64,000 nucleotides of DNA from Cetorhinus maximus (taxonomy: Eukaryota): positions 187,426,001 through 187,490,000 of the forward strand of contig NC_135881.1 of NCBI RefSeq assembly GCF_964194155.1, read 5' to 3'. Numbering within the stretch: the stretch's first letter is position 1; every line of letters starts with the position of its first letter. Shown piece after piece: positions 11,918 to 24,440 of the stretch. The position numbers and the translations under genes are program-made. Below the pieces are notes generated by a model. It was given only the letters and a program-made list of their open reading frames with translations. It was not told the origin of the DNA and did no database searches.

Positions 11918-12857
11918 CAGGGGTGGTCAAACTTCCTGAATCTTAGAGCAGCAAACGATAATCTTCAGACATTCAGGAGCCACAAGACGTAGACAACCTT
12001 TACAGACACATTTTTATGACTTTTGCACACACTTTGAGGAAATATATTCAACAGAAATGTAAGTGCAAATAGGATAAAAAGTATAAGCATGCAAGAATGT
12101 TCACTACGTATGCATTTATTTATCTTTAAGTTTTCTCTTAACTTCAATCATAAAGTACACATACCACAGATTGTAAATCCGAATTGTTATACTTTACCTG
12201 TATTCAATTCAAATGTTTGCTTACATTAAGTTCCACCTTACAAAACGATTATAATAGTTTCACCTTAATTAAGGGATATTACTTAGTTATCAGGGCTAAT
12301 CACTGCTAGAGGTAGAGGCCTTATGAGTCTCCATCCTGGATACAAGTCTTTGAAAATCCGGCTGATAAGTTGTCAAGGTGGTAAGAAGAAGCTCCGTCAC
12401 GTATTGATTTGTAAGAGCTGCACGGTGTATTGATTTTACTAACTTCATTGTAGACGATTCACAGCAATATGTTGTGCCAAAAATTGAAAAAAAGTTGGAG
12501 AGGCTGCTCCAAAATAGCACTGATTGGTGCATGCAGTCCTACATCACACTTCAGGAAACTATAATAGGAATCTCGCAATGGTGCTAGGATGGACACCAAA
12601 TCAATAATGGACTCGCTAAGCAGTGAGACAAATTTGAGATAAGCTGAAATAAATTCTGGATTTTGTTTGTAACCCTCCTCACGCTGCTGCCTACTCTCCA
12701 GTTCTCTCCCTCTATGAGGCTGTCCGTGGCTGAGGCTGCACCCGGCTGTTTATCTCCTTCTACAGTGCGATGTAACAGTTTCACGGCACAAGGAATGAGC
12801 TGCACTCTGTGTAAAAGAGCTGCATGTGGCTCGTGAGCTGCGCTTTGACCATCCTGG
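11918..12857 (-). mobile_element. Internally deleted hAT transposon
   Basis: TIRs CAGGGGTGGTCAA / TTGACCATCCTG, TSD-like acatactc / acatattc. Retains the transposase C-terminus FGTTYCCES...MKLVKS, homologous to 40200-40400. Confidence 0.85.
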
Positions 12858-13419
12858 ACATATTCTCAAACCAGAATGGAGCACAGTTTCATATCTTCAC
12901 AAGAACCAGCATGATTTCACAGCAAGTTGGCACTGGGTTCTAAATGAGATTTTGTACAGTCAGCCCAAACACATTTGGAACTTGGTTTTTGAAATCATCT
13001 AATTCATTTCACTTTGGCTACTTATTGCTAATGCAGTGAAGAATTTTGCTTATGAAAGTATGAAATTCTAGCCAATGTTAGGGCATGTAGTTTTAGAAAA
13101 GAGCTTCCAGGCTTCCCTTTGGAATATATTGTTGGCACAATCTTGCAGTCAGAGCTAGATCATTGTGCAGTCAGGAAGCACATTCTGCACGTTAAGAACA
13201 GTGACAATCTGGAACTCACTCCCCATAAACGCTATGGATACTGTGTCAATTGGAACTTTTTCAACAGAGATTGATAAACTGTTGGGAGGCAAGTGTATCA
13301 AGGGACAAGGGGCAAAGGCAGATAAATGGAGTGGGAGTGCAGATCAGCCATGACTGACCGAAAGTAGCTTGAGGGTTGAATAGCCTATTCTTGTTCCTAA
13401 TATTTCTTTAATTTTACAG

Positions 13420-13894
13420 TAACCCAAACAGAGGACCTCACAGGATATTAAGCTGGCCCAACTACACAGCCACGGGCACAGAATTCATGAACTTCACTGC
13501 AGACAGATCAGGTTGGATAGGCAGATCTTACCGCAGACAGCAAACAGCTTTTTGGAGCAAAACTGTCCTCAAGATGCAATCTGAGGAATGGTGTAATTCA
13601 TCTGTGAACAACATGACTACTGCCCGACCCACCACCACCCAGTCTACGGTACAATGTAATGGAGGAACCCATGATATTCTGTCAATGAAGCTGACTCCTG
13701 AAGAAATAATCACTGGATTCTATGTTAGTTTTGCACTCTTATTCGTTGAAGCATTTATTATTTTGGCGCTGGTGTACAAATTGTACATGCAATGGAAAAA
13801 GGCGAAGAAATTACAAGATCCACTTGAACTGTCCAAAGTGTTTGAAGTACCTTTCAAGGAAGTTACTGATGAAAACTCTCTCGCTAAATTTTGA
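13420..13894 (+). CDS. Cholinesterase-like protein, terminal exon: end of esterase domain, Ser/Thr stalk, transmembrane helix, short cytoplasmic tail
   Basis: ttacag|T AAC CCA AAC completes GNPN..WPNY. Then FW, TTARPTTTQST, the hydrophobic stretch IITGFYVSFALLFVEAFIILALVY, basic KKAKK, and ends SLAKF-TGA. Confidence 0.9.
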
Positions 13895-16752
13895 AAAACC
13901 ACTTTTATTTCAAACTTGAAAAGACCAAGTGTTCTGTATTTTTTTTTAAAGTTAATCCTTTTTGAAAAAGTAAAATGTGCAACACGAAGGTCTGATCCAA
14001 AGGTAGTCATATCGCAAGGAAATGTAGAATCTAATCATGAGCAGCAAGGTAATGGGTTAGGCAGCTAGGTGGCTGTGAATAAACAGAAAACCTATTCTGT
14101 TCATTGAGAATATTGTTTACTGTCATATTGGAAGGAGCACCAGGAATAAAGATGGAGGCCTAACCAAACAGATCTACGTCTGTATTTTTTTAAAAACTGA
14201 TAATCTGGAGTTATTTATCAAAAATTAATACATTCGGGTCAAAAAATGGAAAGCACACAATTACCGGTACAAATATGCAAAACACATTTTTTTCAACACC
14301 AGTTAACATTCAGTGACAACATACTACTCAATATCTTGAAATCTAGAGAGTGCTAACGCCATTCAAATAAGACACATCCTGTGGATGGAAGTTAATTCCT
14401 TCAACATTGCACATGCAAAATCACAAGTTAACTTGTTAAACAAGCATTGCTCCCCCTCCATACTACAATGTTGGGAAATATCTTAAACCTTCAAAACAAA
14501 TTTCATAAAAGCACTTCCAAGTTGTTTTAAACTTGAATGAATTTTGTGAATGTTATGTTTAAGTTTCCAACATAAGATTGTAAAGATAAAGGCAGGCAAC
14601 ATCATTTAGTTCAATAATTAAAACATTTGCTTGCTCCAAAATCAAGATAACAAATCACTATTTTTAAAAAATATAGAACTACTGCTTTTGACAACAATTT
14701 AGCAGCAAACAGTAAGAAAGGGTGGCATGTAAACAAAACTTTGGGACAGCCTGACTGTCAAGAAACTTTAGCTTCTTTTTTCTGTTGCCTCTTCCATCAT
14801 AAGTAAATTATAACTGCATTAATCCACAATGTGGGAGATGAAATAGTGATCTGTAGACTATGCAGATTTATATAGTACAAAGATTGTGACAGCCTTACTT
14901 AAACCCCCTATAAATTACACAAAGACGGCGATTAACATATTTATTTAGGCTTTAAACCTTCTAAAATAAAAAAAATCACCACCTCACAAAGCTGCACCAT
15001 TTAATTCTTAGGTCTATATAAAGTCATTAAGGTAAGCATTCACCAAATTCATGTTGACTTGGTCATAAAACTTCACATCATCCCTTTCTAAATACTTTGG
15101 AATTTTCTTGTGTAAACATATCCCCAGCTTGCCCCTCAAAACTGTAACATAATACTTTTAATCAAAGTGTTTTACAATATCTAGATTTTGTTCAAGAGTA
15201 TGAGTATAATAGATTTTAGTAAACTCAGCTGGATTTTTACAAAGAACTGCTTATTCAGATGCCATTGTCTCAATTCACTCAGTGCTGCAGTTACAATAAG
15301 ATCACTACTCATTTATAAGAGCAAAGGACTGCATGTCTCAATTCATTACAAACTCAAGTTCTTGAAAGCATCTTTTAAGTTGAAGTACAAAAATTGGTCT
15401 TGGGATTTTCTTTGTGGTGCGAATGTGTCAGTAATGTCAAATCAGTGAGCTCCTGACACATGCTAAAGATGATCTTTCTGTTTGTGGGAAGACCAAAGCT
15501 AGGGGCCAATCCAACAGGGAATTCAGGAGAAATTTCTTTACCCAACAGTGGTTGGAGTGTGCAGCTCCCAACCACAAGGAGTAATTAAGGTGAATAGCAT
15601 TGACACATTTAAAGAGAAGCAAGAGGGAGAAAGAAATAGAAGGATAGTCTGATGGGGTTAGATAAAGAGGTGGAGGTGCCTCTTTTAGAGCATTAACACC
15701 AGCCTAGGCCATTTGCGCCAAGTAGCCTGTTTCTGTGCTAATGCACTACAACATGCTTTAAAAAATATCTTCAACAAAATTTAGTCTTAACATTAATGTC
15801 TTGGATCAGCTGTGATGTCTAATAAATAACTCCACAAGTGTGACTCAACAAATAATTTTTGAATGAAAGAACTATAAGTCATGCTCCCTCACATAGGACA
15901 AATTTATCACATATTGATGGCTGTGCCAATGTAAAAGCTAGATATTAAATGATTGCTCATGAGGTTTTTGGTCCCTCAAAAATTAATTTAAATTGCTTTA
16001 ATGTTCTGTCCTCACTGTAGAATGTGATTTTAATTTACACTGATATTCTTCTACCCAGCTGCTATAAGTAGGACCAGATCTTGCCACAAGAAAGGACAGA
16101 GGTGTTGCACAGAAGTATCTATTGCATTACAGTCACACAAGTAACAGAACATTTTTAATTTTTTGATGAATTTTAATGTGAATTAGGTATTTGTGAAGTA
16201 AACCAGCCACAATATGTCTCTTTAATAGCAGGAATTATTTCCAATGAACTGACAGATCTTTAATGATTTAGTGAGATAGATACATTTAAGGAAAGCTAGA
16301 TAAGCACTTGAGAGAGAGAAAGGAGTAGAAGCATATGCTGACAGGGTTAGATAAAGAAATGAGAAAGAGGCTCATGTGGAACAAACACTGGCATATACTA
16401 GTCAGGCTGAATGATCTGTCTCTGTGCTGTAAATTCTATTTAATTTTGCCAAGCATGGCAGGCAAAACAGTATGGTTTTTGGAAAGTTTTGAATATTGGC
16501 TGGGTATCTGTAATGTGGGTCTACCTTGTCTAGATTGAAGAGTCATCCTACTGTAACTTGCCAGGAACAATGTTTACCAACTTGGAAAGAAAAAAATATA
16601 TCCAAAGTATTAGCTACCTCAATTATCACCTCCAGTATCAAAATATCATGCAGTTTACTGAGGCCAATGTTACCAACTATGAAAGAATTCACCTTGGCTT
16701 AACAGCATGCCACACAAATATGTTTGTATAACAGCATGGTTGATGGGTGGCG

Positions 16753-16857
16753 CTATACCCTGCTGTTGATAGAGTTTAGTTTCTTCCCTTCTTCAAACTG
16801 CCTGTCCACCACCATGGATAGAGCTTCAAGAAATTTCTCTACTGTTACAGACGGTGA
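16753..16857 (-). CDS. TRIP13: TRIP13 coding exon 13 (last)
   Basis: SPSVTVEKFLEALSMVVDRQFEEGKKLNSINSRV*, AG acceptor; compare human APTVTIEGFLQALSLAVDKQFEE. Confidence 0.93.
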   Translation of the reverse strand, partial: SPSVTVEKFLEALSMVVDRQFEEGKKLNSINSRV

Positions 16858-17334
16858 CTAGAAAGACAGTGGGGGAGAAAAAAAAAGCAACTCAAACACT
16901 TCTCAATACTCTAGGCCAGATCAATGACCCAAATACAAATAAAATTCAATTGGAAAAAACAATTTGAGGATGCTGGAAACAAAATATAATTTTCTTGTAA
17001 GGAAGGGTTAATTTAGACGGACTTGAAGAATGCTAATGTAACATTGCAATATGGCTTTATAATGTAATGTTGCAATCTTTTAGACTTTGTTTGCTAAGTA
17101 AGAAGTACGATTCCCAAGTTGCAATAGGTGCACCAAGATGTCAACCTCTGAACCTTTGAAATGAACTCTCCACCACTGGCAGTATGTAATCTGCAGTAAC
17201 CACCTGTTTAACAAGGGAAGTTAACTGGAGACGTGCCATTGCATGTTAGCTCCCAATTTTTTAAAAGCCAGTATGCAATAGCACAATGCCAGTTTGCAAC
17301 AGCACAATGCCAGTTTCCTTCTTAATCAATTATT

Positions 17335-18485
17335 TTAATTCATTCACAGGATGTAGGCATCACTGGTAAGGCCAGCATTTATTGCCTATCCCTAAATGCC
17401 CTTGAGAAGGTGAGCCATCATCTTGAACCGCTGCAGTCCATGTGGGGAAAGTGCTTCCATCGTGCTGTTATGTAGGTTCCAGAATTTTGACTTAGCAGGG
17501 TGATAAAGGAATAGTGATAAATTTAAGTGAGGACGGTGTGCGACTTGGAGGGGAACTTTCAGGCGGTGCGGTTTCCTTGCATCTGTTGCCTTTGCCCTTT
17601 AGGTGATTAGAGGTCACAGGTTTGGGAGGTGTTGTTGAAGAAGTCTTGGCAAGTTTCCACAGTACATCTTGAGGACAATGTACACTGCATCAGTGGAAGA
17701 GGGAGTGAATGTTTATGGTGGTGGATGGGGTGGGGGGTGCTTATCAGGCAGGCTTGCTTTGTTCTGGATGGTGTCAAGTTTTGAGCGTAATTTGAACTGC
17801 AACATCCAGGTAAGTGGAGAGTATTCCATCATCACATTCCTGACTTGTATCTTATAGGTTGTGCAAGTAGGCACTGGGAAGTCAGGAGTCACTCACCACA
17901 GAATCCCCTTTGATCTGATCTTATAGCCACAGTATTTACATGGCTGGCCCAATTAAGTTTCTGGTTAGGTTCCAGGATATTAATGGTGAGGCATTCACCA
18001 AGATAATGCCATTGAATGTCATGGGGAGATGGTCAAAGACTCTCTCTTGTTGAAAATGGTTATTGCCTGGTGCTTGTATGGTACGAATGCTAATTGCCAT
18101 TTATCAGCGCAAGCCTGAAAGGTGTCCAGGTCTTGCTGCACGTGGGGGATGATAGCTTCTTTAGCTGAGGATTTGCGAATAAAACTGAAAATTGTGCAAT
18201 CATCAGCGAACATTCCCACTTCTGACCTTATGATGGAGAGGTCATTGATAAAGCAGCTAAAGATGATTGGGCCTAAGACACTGCCCAGAGGAACTCCTGT
18301 AGTGCCAAGTGACTCTAGCCACTGAAGGCATTTCCCCCTGGTCTTCATTGACTTGAATTTTATTTGGCTCCTTGTTGCTGCCAAATGCTGCCTTCATGTC
18401 AAGAGCAATCACTGTCACCTCACCTCAGACAAGAGGGTTGGCTTGCAATGTTTGGACCACAGCTGTAATGAAGTCTGGAGTTACA
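17335..18485 (-). mobile_element. 5'-truncated LINE (CR1/L2 group)
   Basis: RT motifs GVPLGSVLGPIIFSCFIND and MFADD; same family as 1-2866. Confidence 0.88.
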
Positions 18486-18864
18486 TGATCAGACAGAACT
18501 AACTCTCATCAGGACAAACATAACCCAGACTGCTTTGGACTAGAGAACAATTCTTTTCAGCAGGGGAATAATATGGAGAAATTGCTACCCAAACCATTAA
18601 AATATGAAGAAGCAGCTGCAATCCCCTGAAAAACAGGGAATAGGAAATGGAAACTGCACATGGATTGCATTGAACTAACTAGAATTGTGAATTTTAAAAG
18701 CTTCTGTTCTATTCAAAATTCCAGGCAGGATTCCCCAAATAACAGGTTCACTGCAAGGTCATAAGATTCCAAAGCAAAAGAGCTAACTTGCATTTACATA
18801 GCATTTTTCATGACCTCAGGGTGTCCCAAAGGACTTTACAGTTAATTAAGTGCTTTTTGAAGTC

Positions 18865-19210
18865 TTCTTTGCAGGCAGAAAGAACATGTACACACATTGT
18901 GCCTGTTTCAACTAAATAAAACAGGCAACAGCCATTCTCTGCTTCACTTCCCAGGGAAATGCCTTGACTAGTCAGAGTCAAGGTTTGAATTTAAACAAAA
19001 TTTGGCAGTTAACTGTCAGTCATCAGTAAATTCTCTATGGCAACACCTCTAACAATCAGAGTCCACTCGCCAACCAATCAGCACACACTTCTCATGAAGT
19101 ATAAATTATTGTTCCCTTCACATTTGGTATTCTTGCTAATTGTCCTCATGGGTGCAATACAAAAAGCTTCAACAACATGTGGCTTTTTTCAGCAATACTC
19201 AAGTTCTTGT
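18865..19210 (+). mobile_element. Penelope-like element 3' fragment, second family
   Basis: LCRQKEHVHTLCLF resembles a PLE ORF C-terminus; followed by a degenerate hammerhead at 19140-19175; homologous to 21160-21447. Confidence 0.6.
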
Positions 19211-19618
19211 GATCAATTGGAGCACCCTATGGAGTTGGCTAAGGTGGATAAATTTGTGACCTACTCATCAATAATATTTTTGGTCAGTTATTCCAGTCAA
19301 CCTAATTCAAGTTCAACTAAGGTAATACTCTCAGAAAATGCTGGAAAAACTTTGCAGGTCAGCCTCAGAGGAGAAAGGAACAGAATTAATGTTTCAGGTT
19401 GATGATTTTTTGTGAATTTTGTGATGCTGCCTAATACGCCAAGTATTCCCAGCATTCTGTTCTTCTCTCAGACTTCCAGCATCTGGGTATTTTGCTTTGC
19501 TAATCGTAATAATTAATGGAATTACTCCCTGGCCATCCATCATTCTACAGTCATCTGAACCTAACAATACCAGCCATTGAAGTGAACATACTTACAAATT
19601 GATTGTGAAGGAACCTAC

Positions 19619-19688
19619 CTGAATGTACAGCGCATGAGCTAGGAAAGGTAGCTTTCGCAAAACTCGTCCACTAAGTCCTTCACTTTTC
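19619..19688 (-). CDS. TRIP13: TRIP13 coding exon 12
   Basis: KSEGLSGRVLRKLPFLAHALYIQ, 70 nt, AG/GT. Confidence 0.96.
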
Positions 19689-20528
19689 CTGCATTTCACA
19701 AAAACAGGAAAAGGTTTTCACAATCAAAACTTAGATAACAGAAAATGTCAGCGTTTACATAAGGCAATTAACAGCATTCAACCATAAAGCCTAAAACTCA
19801 TTAGCAAAGAGAGCGAGGGATTCAGATCATAATAGCAGCATCTGTTTGTCACACTTTACAGTTAGAGGGCAGCAGCTATAAAATAGCTTTCAAACTCACA
19901 GCCAACTTGATTGTAAACATTTATCGGAGAATCTACACTAGTATGAAACACAGCGTGCTATGCTGATGTGCCATTGTTGTGCACAATAGAGAAATAGGAC
20001 GATGAGTTTTGTCCTCAGTTTATCCACTGGCTGAGTAAAGGACCCAACCCTGCCAGCATAGGGAAATACTGAGCAGATGATAGGCATTTCCACGGTTGAA
20101 GGGGCAGGGGGGTAATCAGGGGACAAATACAGGGGTTACTTCAGTGCACCCTCCTAAGCTTCACAGCACAGAGCATCTGTCTGCTTGCCCCCTCCTCCAC
20201 AAATGATGCCTGAAAACCAAAGCCAAGGGAGCAAAATGATACCATACACACCATCCACTTGACAGCAGTTAGAAGCTACTGAACAAGATCCATCAACTAG
20301 TTTCTGATTATCCTGTTAATACAGCTACCTTGCAATATTTGATTTTTATTCTGTACAACCCCAAATATATCTAGTGAAAATAAAAATGTACTTAATTGAA
20401 AATGTACAAGCGGTACACAGTCAGTCCTCCTCGTACATCCATCTTATGCTAACTCAGTAGTGATAAGTACACATGAACAAGTTGCAAGGAGGTGCCAGTA
20501 CCGCTCACACATAGCAAAAGAAACTTAC

Positions 20529-20641
20529 GCTGCAATATTCTTAAGTGCCAAACTTAGCCTGGACACATCATTTTCCAAGAAGCTGATCATCTGCAGTTCT
20601 CTCAGCGTTAGCAGTTGTTGTCTAGGGTAGATGATCTGGCA
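20529..20641 (-). CDS. TRIP13: TRIP13 coding exon 11
   Basis: CQIIYPRQQLLTLRELQMISFLENDVSRLSLALKNIA, 113 nt, AG/GT. Confidence 0.96.
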
Positions 20642-20782
20642 CTAAAAATCAAAATAGAGGTAATAACTCCACAGACACTTCATCTTGTTCTCTTGCTCGC
20701 CCTTCCGAAAAAGAATTTCATTTAGCAATCTCAGCCCAACTGCTCAAGTTTCGTCCAGCAAACAGAGGAAATGATACCATAC

Positions 20783-20936
20783 CTTCATCAGTTCCTCCAG
20801 GCAAGAGAGATAGATCTTAAAAATGGCTGTAGCAGATGGCGGTCCAACGTACTGCTTGATATCTGCTCGGTCCACAAAAGCCAAGTCTATTTTTTCTGTG
20901 ATGTTTGATGTAGTCAGAATTACAACATTGGGAAAT
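20783..20936 (-). CDS. TRIP13: TRIP13 coding exon 10
   Basis: [51 protein letters not shown] (sensor 1 / Arg finger region), 154 nt. Confidence 0.97.
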
Positions 20937-21159
20937 CTAGGGTGGAGGTCAGAGAAAGGAATCGTGTACATTACAAAGAGCTTGAAATGCAGAAACTTCA
21001 TTACTGTCAGTGTAGTATAGCATCCTATAGTTAGAACCCAGTCAGAACTAAACTACATTTCAAGAATTTTTCAACAATTGCAAGAGCTTTGGTCACAAAA
21101 TTCACCAGTCAGTACAATTTTCGGTTTGAAACTGCTATCATTTCTCCTCAAGTCAGGAA

Positions 21160-21447
21160 ATAGTAGACACGGAGGTTGAAGTCCACTCAATGAGTCAGAT
21201 TGTGCCAAAATTATACATTTTTAAAACCGGGTATGGAGATATGCTGTGGATTTTGTTGCTATTCAGTCAATAAACTTCATTTTCAAGTTTCATATTGCTG
21301 TCACCATGCCACGCCTCAGCCAGAGTTGGCATGCCAACCAACCAGCAGCCTTTTCTCCTGCAGTATAAATTGTTGCAATCATTTGAAACTTGTCTTGATG
21401 AGTGCAAGACGAAAAGCTTCGGCAACATGTCTCCCTTTTCAGCAATA
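21160..21447 (+). mobile_element. Penelope-like terminal fragment, second family, with a near-intact hammerhead motif
   Basis: ttgtc tTGATGA gt gcaag ac GAAA agct TC ggcaa at 21390-21425. Confidence 0.6.
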
Positions 21448-22639
21448 AACTTCACTTTGTTCTCATACCCCTCTTCACTGTAACAGGACTTTTTCAGCTA
21501 CTTAATTAAAGAGCCCTAATGTGCCCAAAAGCACTTCTTAAAATCAGTTTCATTAAACAAAGAATTTCATAGCAAATAATGAAAGGTAGCCCTGTTCTGT
21601 TCATCTACAGATACATTCAAAAATATATTCACACTTAAACATTCCTATACACTCAATCAAGCATTCACATAAATAAAACATCTGCCAAAGCAAATGGCAA
21701 ACATTAAAATGTCTTGTTCATTCTTTTCTTAAAAAAAGTATCTTTTCACCCAGTTTTACTTGTTACATTGAAACTCCCTCACCTGTACTATCCTATATTG
21801 TACCAAAATTTATTAATACTCCTGTTCAGATTAAATTTTTTTTCAGCAGAAAGAGAACCGTTTTATGTCACTAAAGTAAGGTCACCCAGAGCAGCAGTAC
21901 AAAAGGTTGTTAGGCAAGGGTTACAGAACCAAGGGGTGATAAATGAAGTTAAGATACAGCTCTGCCAAGATTGACTGAATGGCAGAGCAAGCTAGAGGGC
22001 CTGAATAGCCTACTCCTGTTCTTATGTTCCTATAATGGCACAGCAATTACCCCCCATACAGTATGTTGTAATGTATGTTCACGGTGCAATTTTACAGTTT
22101 CAGCTATGGTACTGTGGGGAGAGGCGAGGTACTGCTGTAGAGGACAGAAAGGTAAAAATTAAGAACTTACTGCTCTTCACCTTCTAGCTATAAAGAGATT
22201 TATTTGCAAGCATTTGCTTGCCAACCTTCTCTATTGGGGCAGGAAGCACTGTGCCATGAGATGCATGGTACAGGGAGGCTGACAGAAGGGAAAAATACAT
22301 CAAAACAAGCATTTTTATCTCCTCTATTTGCACTCTATAAATCCCACTTGCCTTCTGTTCCAAAGTTTGTTTCACATTTCATTTTTCCAAAAAACGTTCT
22401 CTCCACAAAAACACTCACTCAAAGGCTAATCAAACATTAAATTTAAATCGACTTGCTCTGTTGTTCAATGAGAAATCACTCAGTTGTGATATAATCAGTT
22501 ATTAATATAGACATTTTATCACATCTCCTACTAAAATGGGCATGCTCAGGATAATATTCACTTTAAAATCATGAAAGAATAGAAATAGTTTCAGCAAATG
22601 CAAGAGCAACACCTCTGAAGTTCATCCAAGTACCAACAC

Positions 22640-24440
22640 TTACCAGTCTCTCACCATTTAAAATATTCTGCTTTTCTATTTCTCTTACCAAAGTGGATAA
22701 CTTCGCACATCAACACATTATTCTATCTGCCCTGATCTTGCCCACTCATATAACCCATGTATAACCTTCTGCAGTTTCTTTGGTGCTTCCTATACTGAGC
22801 TTACTTTACCACCTAACTTATCGTTAGCAAACTTGGATACATTACACTAGGCCCTCATCTAAGCCATTGATATAGATTGTAAATAGCTGAGGTCCAAGTC
22901 CTGATTCTTGCGATACCTCACTAGTTAAAGCCTGCCAAACCAAAAATTACCCTCTTATTCCTAATTTTTGTTCGATGCCCATTAACCAATCCTCAATTCA
23001 TGCTAGTGGTGTCCTTCTACATGAATCACAGAGTTACCATAGGCGCAGCAAACAATAATGAAAGCAAATGGTATTTAGTTTATTACAAAGGAATTGGAGT
23101 ATAAGTAAAGAAGTTATAATGCAATTGGATAGGGCCTTGGTGAAACCACACCTGGAGCACTGTACATAGTTTTGATTTCCTTACCTAAGATGGATATAGG
23201 TGCCTTAGAGGGGATGCAATGACGGTTCGTGGGATTGATTCCTGGGATGAGGGGAATGTCCTCTGAAAAGAGATTGAGGAGACCATGCATATATTGTCTG
23301 GAGTTTAGAAGAATGAGAGGTGTTCTAATCAAAGTATATAAAATTCTTAAGGAGCACAGTGAAGCTGGGGAAAACGTTTCGCCTAAATGATCAGTCTAGA
23401 ATTAGGAGGTAGTCTTAGAATAAGACGTTGCCCATTTAGAACTGAGAAAAGGAGCAATTTATTTTCTCAAAGGATTGTGAGCCTTTGGAAATCTTTACCC
23501 AAGACAGCAGTAGATGCTCAGTCGTTGAGCATATTCAAGAGGAAGATTGACAGATTTTCAGATAAGGGAATCGAGGGATATGGGGATAGTGCAAGAAGTT
23601 GTAGTTGAGGTAGATGATCATGGAATCATAGAATGGTTACAGCACAGAAAGAGGCCATTTGACTCAGTGTTCTTGTCATTCTCAGCAAGAGCAAATCAGC
23701 TAGTCCCACTTCCCACCCTTCACCCTGGAGTGCTACTTCTTTTTGGGTGCTTTTCCAATTCCCGTTTGAAAGCCACAATTGAATATGCCTCTAACACACT
23801 CTTGGGTAGTGCATTCCAGAGCCTAACCACTCACTGCATTAAAGAAGTTTTTTTTGCCTTTGATTCTTTTGCTATTCATCTTATATTGGTGTCCTCTGGT
23901 TCTTGACTCTTCGGCTAATGAGAACAGTTTCTCTCTATCCACTCTGTCTAGATTTTGAGCATATCTATCAAATTTCATCTCAACCTTCTTAAGGTCAACA
24001 GCCAAAGTTTCTCCAATCTATCCACATAGTTGAAACCCCTCATCTTTGGAACTATTTTCAATCTTATCTGCACCCTCTCTAAAACCTTCACATCTTTCCT
24101 AAAGTGAATTAGACACAGTACTCCAGTTGAGGCCAAACCAGTGTTTTATAATGGTTCATCATAGCTTCCTTGCTTTTGTATTCCAAGTCTCTATTTATAA
24201 AACCCAGGATCCTATATGCCTTTTTAAATGTTTTCTCAAACTGCCCTGCCAACTTCAACAATTTGTGCACATATATCTCAGGTCTGTGTTCCTCCACCCC
24301 TTTTAGAATTGCACTCTATTTTTTATTGCTTCTTCTCGTTCTTCCCAACAAAATATATAACTTCATACTTCCTTGCATTAAATGTCATCTGCCACATATC
24401 CACCCATTCCATCAGCCTGTCCATGACCTCTTGAAGTCCA
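22640..24440. mobile_element. Cluster of CR1 LINE fragments in both orientations
   Basis: ORF2 C-terminal motifs PQLEYCV, RTRGH, FFSQRIV.LW.SLP. Confidence 0.85.

Noticed and set aside
17275-17316. 21-bp tandem duplication
   Set aside because: Two copies only, next to a LINE end; ordinary slippage.
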